A DNA stretch of 64,000 nucleotides from the human T2T-CHM13v2.0 reference genome, Homo sapiens: NCBI RefSeq assembly GCF_009914755.1, contig NC_060925.1. One strand, written 5' to 3'. Numbering within the stretch: position 1 is the first letter of the stretch; each line of letters begins with the position of its first letter. Both the position numbers and the translations under genes were made by a program. The notes under the pieces were generated by a model that saw only the letters and a list, made by a program, of their open reading frames with translations, searched no databases and had not been told where the DNA came from. Positions 26,886-40,620 of the stretch are shown here, piece after piece.

Positions 26886-28846
26886 GAGGGGAGGGGATGG
26901 GATAGTGGAAGAAAGGACATAGGGAGGTGAAGGACGCAGACCCTGAAGACAAAGTCCTTCCACTCATGTGCCCACCTGCAGAAGGGGGTGCGGAAGCTTG
27001 AGCCACACACAGAGGGTCTGGTCCCAAATGCAGAGAGCCCAGGCAGTGGCTTTTCTGAGGGATAGAATGTGAGCACTTTGGATGTCTGGAATTCTGTAAG
27101 AACCCAATGGAAAGAAAATATGAGGTTTGGAAACTTCTCCTCCGAGTGCTCCTTTAGGTGTTCAGGTGGATTTTACAGAAGAGGCTGACGGCCCGAAGGG
27201 GAGGCTAGCCATCAGATTTCCATTAATGTCTCCCACCATCTCTGAGGCCTAAATGACAGGGTTCTTGAAGACAGCAACAGAACAGTGGTAACCTATATTT
27301 TATTCACTATCTTTCATGCCCTTAGCATCATATCTCACTGATACGTAGATAGACACATGTGAACGGAAGCATTTTATACGTAAACGTAGGGATGTGTGTG
27401 ACCTAGATTTAAAGGATGCATATTAAAAGAATTGTACCTAATAATATGAACTATTTTTGGCCCATGACATGCGGCCTTTAGAAGCATGACAAACCAAAAA
27501 CACTTTTACCAAATTCCTTCCCTTTACAATCCCCTACCGTCCTCCTATCTGGTCAAAATATAGCTACTTTTTTGGTACGTTGGTTTTAAAAACAGCTCTG
27601 TCCTCCAAAGATATGGCAAAGTTTTCTAGTTACTGTTTTTTAATACTTCCTGGTATTCTTAGAGTCCACAGCTTTGAGTGCAGCTGGAAAACATCTACAC
27701 AGAGGATATGTTTGGACAGGTATTGAATATAATAAACTATATTTAAATATTTATACGTGAAATTTTTTTTTATGGTGCTGTTCTTTAAATCATTGAACGA
27801 GGTCCTTTCATTTCTCCAAAAGATATATGAGCACTGTCTTTTGGCATATAGATCATTTTTGCCTTTGAAAGATGTCTCAGTTAAAAATGATTTCTACAGA
27901 TGATCTTTTACATACATTTGTTATTGTGGTGAGCGTTACATCCTGCTGTTTTACAGCGATACTTGGAGGATTTCTCCTGAAAATAGCCCTTTATTTGTGG
28001 CAAGCTGAAAGGGAGAGGGCAGGAAGAGGACTTGCGATATTTCATCTGCCTAGAGCTTAGTAAGGAGAGGAGAGGGCCGTGCAGTCCCCAGTATGACCCT
28101 CCTTCCCTGTGCTCGGGAAGCAGCTTGAGGCTAAGAGAAATATTGGGCTCTTCTCTTCTGCTAAGAGGCTTAGAATTCTGTGATTTTTATTTTCTGCTTC
28201 TGCCTGCAAGGCCCTCCTTCTCCTTTGTCAATTTGAAGAGCTCTCTTTCTATTCCTAGCAGTTATCTAGATAACAATCATTTGTTTTTGAGATTGATTCC
28301 TATAAACAGTACGTGGAGCATCTCATGGACTAAAACGTGGTAAATTGTCAAACTTCTCAGAGTAGGAAGATGTCTGCTGGCTAGGTAGAAGGTTTCTGGT
28401 TTAATGGTGAAAACAGCCAAACACACAAATAAGCAAACACGCACATAAACCACCAACTAACCCAGCCCAGCAGCAGGCGAGGTTTTCTGTCGTCCAGCAC
28501 GTGCAAGAGAAGGGCTGGGCAGCTTGATGGACATTTGTGCCGTCCACCTTGCAGGCATATGGCAGCTCCCACGTTCTCACACCATTCGACATTTGGGGTG
28601 ACCAAGTCATGCACTCTGACCAGTGAAATGCAAGTGGAAATGATAAGTGCGACTTCATGGCACAGATTTTCGGAGTCCAAGTGTTGCTATACACATTCTC
28701 TGCTTGTCTTGGCTATTTGGAAGCACATTCAGTGCTGAGCTTCCCTGGGCTTGGTGGCCGAGTGGAGTGAGGAGTGCAGACTCCCCAGCTGCCCGTAGTG
28801 ACCATGGGGCACAAGCAGGGAATAGAGCTTTCCTGTTACAGCATCA

Positions 28847-29363
<517 letters not shown>

Positions 29364-29367
29364 TGTG

Positions 29368-29728
29368 TGATACAGTTTGGATTTGTGTCCCTACCCAAAT
29401 CTCACATTGAATGAGAGGAGGGGCCTGCAGGAGGTGATTGAATCACGGGTCAGGTTTCCCCCTTGCTGTTCTCGTGATAGTGAGTTCTCAGGAGAACTGA
29501 TGGTTTAAAAGTGTGTGGCACTTCCCCCTTAGCTCTCTCTCTCTCTCTCTCCTACTCCACCTGGTAAGACGTGCTTGCTTCCCCTTTGCCTTCTGCCATG
29601 ACTGTAAGTTTCTTGAGGCCTCCCAGTCTGTGAAGCCTGCAGCACTATGAGTCAACTAAACCTCCTTTCTTCATAAACTACCCAGTCTCAGGTTGTTCTT
29701 TATAGCAGTGTGAGAACAGACTAATACA
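29368..29728 (+). mobile_element. MaLR solo LTR (MSTA-like)
   Basis: tgatacagtttggatttgtgtccctacccaaatctca...gagaacagactaataca. Confidence 0.93.
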
Positions 29729-30646
29729 GTATGTGTGAAGAAAACATACATTCTTAGAGATCTGTTTGCCTGCTCTCACAGAGCCCCTGACCAGTGATGG
29801 GACATTCCAGTTAGCAGGAGAGAGGGTGTGGTGGAGCACAGCGTGGCTGGAGGAAATCACTCTAAACGGGCTTCAGTGCACTAACAGATTTTGGAGTGAT
29901 TTATATGAAAACAGTTTAAAGCATTTACTAGCTGTAGGAACTAATTTCCAATAAATCAGACAGGATTCCCTTGGGAACCAGAAATAAATGAGGGCAAAAG
30001 AAATTGCTAAGGGTTGTTGAGCAATAAAGAGATGGGTTCTAGATACCTTAAAATGATATTTAAATGGACAAAGTTGATTTAGCTGTCTTCTCTCATGTCT
30101 AGGAGTAAGATTGAAGTCCATAGCATGTCATTATGACCAGGAATTATTCACCAGGAGACCTGCAGCATTTCATGCACATTCCGCTGAATGGCAATTTTAA
30201 TATTCCAGTTTCAGTCCTCGGTTGTAATGAAAAGGCATTAATTGCTTGGTTCCTTGCAAAGTCTGTAACAAAAGTGTTCCTAGAACAAGTTCAAATTTGG
30301 CACACAAGGCAGAACTTTTATGATCTAACGTTAGTCATTTTTTTTCTAATTAAGAATTTTTAATGCATATATATTTTGTGATCTTCAAGTTCTCAAGTAA
30401 TTATTTCACACACACGGGTCATCTGGCATCGTGCCATGTGTCTTGGAAAATGCAGAAAAATAGAATATCACTGTGGTCCTTGCACTCTGGAAGTGTACAT
30501 TTCATAGGAAGATGAAGCTGTGACACCCTCTGAGAACACTGAAGCCACACGTGTGTGTCAAATGTGAGGATGGAAGGACCAGCAGCCAGGAGATGCTGAC
30601 ATTGCTTCAGGGAGGTGGAGGCCAAACAAGGGGCTCTGAAGCACTG

Positions 30647-30833
30647 GCTAGACTTGGCCAGAGTGGGGAGACAGCTCATTGTCCCGAATGAGCAAGACCT
30701 GTGGCCAGAGCTGGATGCAGTTTCCAAAGACCAGGAGATGCTCTCTCAGCTGCCCACACAGGGTTCGGGAGACATCTGTTCTGTTAAACATGGACACTTC
30801 TTGTGACCAGGACGTAGCATCATTTCCTAAAGA
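30647..30833 (+). repeat. Local duplication, copy 1 (187 bp, probable donor)
   Basis: 183/187 identical to 31232-31418. Confidence 0.97.
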
Positions 30834-30960
30834 GGTGGGGGCTCAGAGCTCCCTGGGACCAGGGGGATGACTGTTCTCTGTTTTAGGAACCTGCGTGTGG
30901 GATGTTCTTGGGAGATGTGAAGAGAGAGGAAGGAAAGGACACTCAAATTATTGTCCCCCA

Positions 30961-30961
<1 letters not shown>

Positions 30962-31007
<46 letters not shown>
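30962..31007. repeat. Perfect (CA)23 microsatellite
   Basis: Uninterrupted CA run. Confidence 0.97.
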
Positions 31008-31010
<3 letters not shown>

Positions 31011-31034
31011 TCTACTTGCTTATTTATCTGCTCA

Positions 31035-31172
31035 TTTCATTGACGCTTCCCAACAACTGGGGTATTTTTCATTCCCTTTTCCTAGTTGAGAAGAAAGACT
31101 CCGAGAGGGTGGAATCCTACCCTAGGTCATTTAGCTGGAAGGTTGCAGAGTGGTCTTCAAATCCAGGTCATG
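31035..31172 (-). mobile_element. MIR
   Basis: cattcccttttcctagttgagaagaaagactccgagagggt...ggtcatttagctggaaggttgcagag...ttcaaatccaggtc. Confidence 0.65.
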
Positions 31173-31231
31173 CCCCTTTTCGGGACACTGGAACATTCCA
31201 ATCAACAGCAGGGGAAGCCGTATCTTCCCCT

Positions 31232-31418
31232 GCTAGACTTGGCCAGAGTGGGGAGACAGCTCATTGTCCCGAATGAGCAAGACCTGTGGCCAGAGCTGGA
31301 TGCAGTTTCCAAAGACCGGGAGATGCTCTCTCAGCTGCCCACACAGGGTTCGGGAGACATCTGTTCTGTTAGACATGGACATTTCTTGTGACCAGGACGG
31401 AGCATCATTTCCTAAAGA
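31232..31418 (+). repeat. Local duplication, copy 2 (187 bp, probable insertion)
   Basis: 183/187 identical to 30647-30833; bracketed by TCCCCTGCTAGA at 31226-31237 and 31419-31430. Confidence 0.97.
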
Positions 31419-31929
31419 TCCCCTGCTAGAACTTACTGATAGTAAGTTCTAGGATATTGGGGTGACCCAAACCCAGGAATCCAGTTTCTGCCCTTGCCTT
31501 TCTCTTGCATAAAAGGTTGAATTGTGCCTCATTCAAGTGCATGAACTTCCCCAGGCCCTGCTCAGTGCATCTAGTAGAGCCAGGATGTCCCAGCTGACCC
31601 TGCATTTGGAGGCCTGGAGGTGGGCTCACCACAGTTTGCAGCTTAGGTGTGCCCCCACTCCCCTACCCCCGACCTGTCACTGGTCCTGACCCCAACTCTT
31701 CTGGAATCACGTGGTGTGAGTGGTACAGGAGGCCTCTGCTTGCAAAGCTGGGTGCTGACCTGTGTGTGCCCCTGATGACTCCTGTGGACCGTGTTTGCTG
31801 CTGCACTTCAGAAGGTGTCAGGAATGTGTCCCTTCCATGTCTCAGCAGCCCTGGGTGCTCCCGACATCACCCTGAGAAACCCCCAGGACCTCTCTGGGTC
31901 TCATTTCCAGAGGGTGTCTCCATCACTCA

Positions 31930-32465
31930 TACCCCCTTGGCCACGCTGCGCTGGCTTCTTTGAGCCTCTGCTAAGAGGCGAGTGGCAGCTTCCACCTCTA
32001 GGACCTCTTCTTGCTGTGACTCTGCTTGGGACCATCTTTCCTGACACCCATAGCTTCCCTTGTTCCTTCAAGTCTTTGCTTAAAGTCTCCTTCCTGGCCA
32101 GATCTTCCCTGACCCTGGCCCTCTGGTTTGGGACAGATGCTTGCACACCGCTGCTCCATTCCTGTAGTGAGTCTGGGGGAGCCCTCTGCAGGCAGGGAGC
32201 CCCGCGGGCAGCGCTGGATGCAGGCAGGAGCACACAGGCCCCCAGGCTCCAGTTCTTCTTCCCTACTCCTGACCTTTTTCTTCTCCAAAGCACTTACTCC
32301 CAGTTGACATATTGTGTGCTGGCTTGTTTGTTTTGTTTATTGTCTCTTCCACCGCCTCCCAGGAGGGCAGAGGTGTTTGTCTTTTCCCCCCCACTTCTCT
32401 CCCCTAAGCGCCTGGAGGTTTGCGCGGCACGTGGTGGGTACTGTCTCCATCTTTGCTGAAGGAGG
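31930..32465 (+). mobile_element. L2 (L2a-like) 3' portion
   Basis: tccttcaagtctttgcttaaagtctccttcctggccagatcttccctgacc; tttttcttctccaaagcactta; ttgtttattgtctcttcc...caggagggcagagg, ending in a GC-shifted L2 tail. Confidence 0.7.
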
Positions 32466-33099
32466 GAAGGTTCCTTGTTTACTGATGCCCCCCCAACTCC
32501 TGTTCAGAGGACAGGCGAGGCCTGGGACTCGGATTGGAGCCCGCCCCCACGCCTCCACCCGCTGGGCATCCTGCCTGGAGAAGCCTCCTCCTGTCTGACT
32601 GTGGGAAGCAAGCTGCGCTCAGCGGGGCATCAGTTCCAAGCGGAGGGTAAAAGGGAGCCAGGCAGAGACCACTTCTTTTGTTACTCAGTCCATGCGAGGT
32701 GGTGGCGTCAGCCCTGCTTCAGGGAGGACGCCTGCTGCTCAGCGTCCCTTCTGCAAGGAGCTGTGGGGACCCCATTCTCTTTCCCAGACACGGGCACCCG
32801 ACCCTAGGGCTGGGAAGTCATCTGCCCCCATGTCCTGTGCCTGGTGCACAACCCCCTTCCCCTGTCCTTCTCCGAAGCACCAGCCGCCGCCTGGAAGAAT
32901 TCTTCCCTCCCACCCAAGGCAGCGGTGGGCACGCCCAGCCCTTGGTCCTGTTCTCCAGGGAACCCAGCCGTGTGCGCAGGGAGAGTTTCTCAGTGTGGCT
33001 GAAATGTATCCAAGGACGCATGGGAACTGGCCGCCCAGTGCAGCCCTGCAGTTGGTGGAAAGGAGGATGGTGGCTGGGGAGGGAGGGTGGGGAGTGGGT

Positions 33100-34200
33100 T
33101 TTTAAATTTTAAATGTTATTATACAATATTCTAGATATACAAAAAGATAAATAACAATAAAATGGATAGCCTCATACCCGCCACCAGCTTGAGAAGTAAA
33201 ACACAGTTATTGCGTACCTGGCCCCATCCTCCCCAGAGCTAACCACTGTCATGAATGTTTATACACCTTTGCTGCATGTGTATATAGATGAGGATAATTT
33301 TCTTTCATCTGCTTTAGAACTTTATATAAATGACATTGTACTGCAAGCATGCTTTTTTAATTAAAATTTTTATTTGAAACAATTTCAGAAAGTTGAAAAG
33401 TTTTTTAAAACATACAAGTACCATTTGTATATCATTCGCCAGATTTCATAGTTGTTCACATTTCACTATATATACTTAATTATTCTCTGTGTATGTGGGT
33501 GTGTGTATATATATGAAGTGGTGTACATATGTAACATTTTAACACTCTTTTGAAATATTTGAGAATAGATTGAAGACATGAAGCTTCTTACCTCTAAATA
33601 TTTCACTGTGTGTTTAAGACCAAGGACATTCTTGTACATAACCACGTCTTATACATAACCACAGTACAAATATCAAAGTCAGGAAATTAACATCAATGTG
33701 ATACTATTATTATTTTATCCTCATCCCTTACAGAAATTTCAACAATTGTCCCAGTAATGTTCTTTATAGCAAATGAAAAACAAATGGTTGTTTGAGTTTT
33801 GGTCCTGGATTCAATCTGGGATCATGGGGCGCATTTAGTTCCAGTTTCTTAATCTGGAAGAGTTCTGCCGTCTTTCTTTTTCTTTCTTGAATCGGACATT
33901 TTTGACGAGTACAGGCCTGCTATTTTGCAGCATGTCCCTCAGTTCTGGTTTGTCTGAGGTTCCGCATAGATTAGATTACACAGTGTTGTCCAAAATACTA
34001 CGGAAGCCATGTTATGTCCTTCTCAGTACCTCATATCAGGAGATTTGCGCATTGCTGGTTGGTGTTAACTCATTGCTTGATTAAGGTGGTTGCCTGCCAG
34101 GTTTCTCTACTGGAAAGTACTGTTTATTTTTTCTAATTAATAAGTATCTCATGAGGTGGTACTTGGGGACTGTGTGAATATCTTGTTTCTCATCAGGCTT
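33100..34200 (-). mobile_element. L1ME and L1MC4/5-type 3' ends, nested
   Basis: aaatatttcactgtgtgtttaagaccaaggacattcttgtacataaccac; aaagtcaggaaattaacatcaat; gattaaggtggttgcctgccaggtttctctac. Confidence 0.75.
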
Positions 34201-34588
34201 AAAAATTTTGAAAAACAGCTTTATTGTGATGTAATTCACGTGCTGTACAAGTCACCATTTAGAGTGTACAATTCAAAGGTTTTTAGTATATTCACATAAA
34301 TGTGCCCCCATTGATTTTAAACATTTTCAAAACCTCCAGAAGAAATGCCATGTTATGTAGCCATCACTTCACTATCTCCCCATCCACACTCCCCACCGCC
34401 AGCCCTCTGCAAACATTAATCCACTTAGAGTCTCTATAGCTTTCTCTGTTCTGGACCTTTGTAAGAATGAAATTGTATAATATGTGGCCTTTGGTAACTG
34501 TCTTCTTTCATTTAGCATCATGTTTTTAAGGTTCATCCACATTGTAGCATGCAGCAGTGCTTCATTCTTTTTTATGGCTGAATAATAT

Positions 34589-34644
34589 TTCATTATATGG
34601 ATATAACTCATTTGGCTTCATTATATGGATATAACTCATTTGGC
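34589..34644. repeat. Perfect 28-bp tandem duplication
   Basis: ttcattatatggatataactcatttggc x2 (34589-34616, 34617-34644). Confidence 0.97.
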
Positions 34645-37113
34645 TATTATTAACCATGATGCTATAAACATTTGTGCACATGTTTTTGTGTAGACATATT
34701 TTTTTTCATTTCTTTTTTGGGTATCCACCTGAGTAAAATTGCTGGGTCACATGGTAACTCTGTGTTTAATTACTTGAGGAACTGTTAGACCTAGACCATT
34801 TTCCACAGTGGCCACACCAATTTACATTCTTACCAGCAGGGTATGAGGGTTCCAGTTTCTCTGTCAACACTTGTTATTATCTGACTTTCAGATTCTCATC
34901 TTCCTCCTGGGTATTAAAGTGTCATCTCTTTATGGTTTTGATGTGAATCTCCCTGATAGCTAATAATATCAAGTGTCTTTGTGTGTATATTTGTATATTT
35001 TCCATTTGTATTTCTTCCTTAGAGAAATGTCTATTCAGAGGCTTTGCCTATTTTTAAATTGGGTTACCTGTCCTTTTTATTATTAAGTTGTAAGAGTTCT
35101 TTATATATTCTAGACATAAGTTCTTTATCAGATATATAATTTGCAAATATTTTATCCTATTCTTCCACAGTTTCAATTTTTTATGGTGTCCTTTGAAGCA
35201 CAAAAGTTCTGTGTTCTGAAGAAGCCCCATGTGTCTATTTTTTATTTTGTTGTTCATGCTTTTGGTGTCATATCTAAAAAATGCTTTGCCAATCCAAGGC
35301 CGTGAATGTTTATACCTATGTTTTCTTTTAAGAATTTTAGTTTTAACTCTTTCATTTAGCTCTTTGATCCATCTGTTTTGAGTTTATTTTTGTATATGGT
35401 GTGAGATAAGGATTCAATTTCATTCTTTTGCATGTGACTAGCTAGTTGTCCCAGCTTCATTTGTTGAAAAGACTATTTTTTTCCCAGTTGAATGGTTTTG
35501 GTGCCATTGTCAAAAGTCAATTGATGACAGCTGTATGGGTTTATTTCTAGGCTGTCATTTCTATTCTATTGATCTGTACGTCTCCTTTGTGCTAGTACCA
35601 CATTGTCTTGATTACCATTGCTTTGTAGTAAATTTTGAATTCAGAAAGTGTGAATCCTCCTACTTTGTTCTTTTCTTAGTATTGTTTTGGCTATTCTGTG
35701 TCTCTTACAGTTTCATATGAATTTTAGAATCAGCTTGACAATATCTACAAAGAAGTCAGCTGGAATTCTCACAGAGATTGAATTGACTCTGTAGAGCAGT
35801 TTGGAGAGTACTGATATCTTAACGATGTTAAGTTTTCTGACCCATGAACATTGAAGTTTTTCCATTTATTTAGGTCTTTTTAAATTTGTTTCAACCATGT
35901 TTTATAGTTTTTGCAATGTAAGTTTTGGACTTCTTGTAATTATTCCCAAATAGTTTATTATTTTTTGTTAAATTGTGAATGCAATTGTTTTCTTAGTTTC
36001 ACTTTCAGATTATTTATTGCAATTGGGTAAAAACACAATTATTTTTATATATTGATCTTGTAACCTGCAACCTTGCTGAATTTGTTCATTAGTTCTCATA
36101 GTGTTTTTTAGTGGATTCCTCACGATTTTCTAAATAAAAGATCATCTCATCTGTGAATATAGTTTTATTTCTTCCTTTCCAACCCGGAGGTCTTTTACTT
36201 ATGTTTCTTGCCTAGTTACCCTGGCTAGAACTTCCAGTACAATGTTGAATAGGAGTAAAAGTAGACATTCTTGTCTTGTTCCTGCCCTAGGAGAAAGCCA
36301 GCCAGTCTTTCATCATTAAGTATATTGTTAGCTGTGGGATTTTTGTAGGTGTCCTTTATTAGGTTGAGAAAGTTTTCTTCTAGTTGGGTGTTTAGGCATG
36401 AGGATTTAGTCAAATTCTTTTTCAGCGTCTATTGAGATGATTCTGTTTTTTAGTCTATTGATTGATATGATGCATAACTTAGTTGATTTTCAGATGCTGA
36501 ACCAACCTTGACTTCCTGGGATAAGTCTTACTTGGTCATGGTATGTAATTCTTTTTACATGTTGCTGGATTCAGTTTGCTAGTATTTTGTTGAGGATTTT
36601 TTTATCCATACCCATAAGAGATATTGGTGAATAATTTTCTTATAATGTTTTTGTCTGGTTTTGGTATCAGAGTAACACAGGTTTCATAAAGTGAATTGGA
36701 ACATATTCTCTCCTCATATTTTTTGAAAGAGTTTGTGAAGAATCACATTCATTATTATTTACATATTTGGTAGAATTCAGTGGTAAAGCGACCTGGGCAT
36801 GGGTTTTTCCTTGTGGGTAGTTTTTTTTTTTTTTTTAAATTGCCTATTCAGTCTTTTCATTTGTTACAGGTATTAATATATTCAGACCATCTATTTTTTT
36901 TCTTGAGTCAGTTTTAGTAGTTTGGGGTCTTTATAGGAATTTGTTCATCTAAGCTATCTAATTTGTTGGTGTACAATTGCTCATAGTATTCCTTTGTAGT
37001 CATTTTCATTTCTGTACGGTTGATAATACTGTCCCTGTTCTCATTTTTGCCTCTAGTTATTTGAGTTTTCTCTTTTTTTTTTCTTGGTCAGTCTAAAGAT
37101 TTGCCGATTTTGA

Positions 37114-37467
<354 letters not shown>

Positions 37468-38069
37468 AATTTTCTTTATTTTTCTATTCTCACGTCATTA
37501 ACTTCCACTGTAATATTTATTATTTTCTTCCTTCTGCTTACTTTTGGATTAGTTTGTGCCTCTTTTTCCAGTCTTAAGGTGGAATATTAGGTTATTAATT
37601 TGAGATTTTTCTTTCTTAGTTTTTTCTGAGTTCCTTTAATATTTTTGGGGGAGAAGAAGTTTCACAGCATCCCGTAAGTTTTGGTATGTTGTGTCTTCAT
37701 GTTTACCAATATTCGTATTTTTTTATTTCCCATTTGATTCTTAAGGCATTGATTATGTAAGAATGTGTTGTTTAATTTATACATATTTGTGAGTTTCTCC
37801 CATTGTTTTTCTGCTACTGATTTCTAATTTCATTGTCATTAGAAGACATACTTTGTATTATTTCTATCCTTTTACATTTATTGAGGTATGTTTTATGGCC
37901 TTGCAGATGGTCTATCCTGGATAATGTTTCATGTACCCTTAAGAAGAATGTGTATACTATTCTTGGGTAGAGTGCTCTAGAAACATATGTTAGTTTGTTG
38001 GTTTATAGTGTAGTTCAGATCTTCTGCCTTCTTGCCAATATTCTATCTAGTTGTTCTATCTATTATTGA

Positions 38070-38729
<660 letters not shown>

Positions 38730-39019
38730 TCCAACTACTATTATTGAATGGTCTACCTTCATCTTCATATCTATCCATTTTTTCTTCATGTATTTTGGTG
38801 CTGTGTTACTAGGTGCATTGTGTTTATAATTGTTATATCTTCCTGATAGATTGACCATTTTATTTTTATGAAATGTCCTTCTATCTCTTGCAACATTTTT
38901 TTAAAGTCTATTGTATCTGACATGGTATAACAACTCCAACTTTGTGTTTGCATGACATATTTATTTTCATGCTTTTACTTTCAACCTTTTTGTGTCTTTG
39001 AATATCAGATGTGTCTTCT

Positions 39020-40155
39020 GTGAAAAAACTTTTTATTTCTGTGTAGTCCTGTTCATCAATCTTTTCTTTTACTGTGTGTGTATTTTTGAGTCATAGTAAG
39101 AAAACCTCTTCCTACATCCAGATCAAAAAGAAATTAACCCAATTTTCTTCTAGTACTCGTATGGTTTCATTTTTTTTCTTACATTTAATCTTTGATTCAT
39201 TTAGAATTCATTCTTGTGCTTGGTAGGAGATACTGGACTTAATTTTTTAAAATTGTTATTCAGTTGTTCCAGCAGCATTTATTTAAAAACATCTGTTTTC
39301 TCCAGTAATTTTAGAGGCCACCTTTATCGTATACTGAGTTTCCAAATGTGGTTGGGGCATATCTGGACTTCTTCTACTCCACTTCTCTGTCAACTCATAC
39401 ACCAGTATACACTGTTTTAATTATGAAGGCTTTGTAGTATTTTTAGTGTCTGGTAGGGCTTATGTTCCCATTGAGGCTTTTCTGTGTTCCTGGCTATTCT
39501 TGAAGGTTAATTTTCCCACATGAACTATAGTATCAATTTGTCTAGCTCCATAAAATTGCATTATATTTATAAATTAATTTAGGGAGAACTGGCATTGTGA
39601 TGATACTGAGTTGTCTCATCCAAGAAGAATTTATGTCTTCCCATTTGCTGAGGAATACTTTTGTGTTATTTAGTTTTGAAAGGTTTTCTCATGGAGGTTT
39701 TGCACATACCCGAATAAATTTATTCCTAAATAGTTTATCTTTATTGTTGCTATTATACATGGGAGTTTCTTTGTAGTACTGATTTCTGAGTGCCAGTTTT
39801 ATATTCTGCTAGTTTACTGAATCCTTTTTTGTGTGTTCGAGTTATAATGTGCTTTTTTCCAGTATATTTTCATGAGATTCATCTTTGTGGATGTTTGTAA
39901 CTCTATTATTTATTTTCACTGCTGTGTACTATTCCATTGTATAAATATATCACAGGATATTTATCTGTTTGTATTTGGATGGACATTTAGATTGTTTCCC
40001 ATTTGTTGAACTTGTCAAGTAGTTTTCCAAAGGCGTTAATTCTGTTCTCACTCCTTTCTGTAATGTGGGAGCCTCTGTTGCTTCACATTTTTACCAACAT
40101 TAGCTATTGTCAATGCTTAAATTTTGTCAGTCTGAGGGAGTGCAAATGGCACAGA
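39020..40155 (-). mobile_element. Further old L1M/L1ME fragments
   Basis: ataaattaatttagggagaactggcattgtgatgatactgagttgtctcatccaagaa; catgagattcatctttgtgg...ggatggacatttagattgtttcc. Confidence 0.7.
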
Positions 40156-40469
40156 AGCAGCATGCTTTTTAATGACTTCTCTTAAGTCCTTGGTTTCCAA
40201 ATTCTGACCCAAATGCTGCTTCCCACATGGACACAGTCTCCATGGATTGCACACCCCACCCCCGGCCTGCTTCCTCTAAGTGCCCCTCTCTCATTCAGTG
40301 GCTGCTGGTAGGAGTTGAGAATGGCAACGCTGCTTTCCTAGTCTCCTGAGAGGGAAACACACTTCTGTAAAAATTAAACACTTTATTAGCTGAGAAGTGT
40401 CTGGCCCTGGTACTGGCCTCCTAGAGGAATTTCTTTGCTGACTTACTTGCATTATATCTGTTGTATAAT

Positions 40470-40620
40470 TATCAACAATCAGCATCCACTGAGTAGCATC
40501 TTGTACCTGACACTTTACTAGGCTCTGAACAGGGCTTAGTGATGAATAAGACCCAGTTCCCCACCACTCCTGGGGCTTTCCACCCGCTTGGAAGAGGAGA
40601 CATGTTTACATTAGGTGATA
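40470..40620 (-). mobile_element. L2 relic
   Basis: ccactgagtagcatcttgtacctgacactttactaggctctg...gatgaataagacccagttcccc. Confidence 0.55.

Noticed and set aside
30615-31452. Paralogous short ORFs sharing LDLARVGRQLIVPNEQDLWPELD
   Set aside because: Identity follows from the 187-bp DNA duplication; no splice or homology support for coding.
31791-32459. Longest ORF (222 aa)
   Set aside because: Non-ATG start, lies over an L2 relic in GC-rich DNA, no recognisable domain or exon structure.
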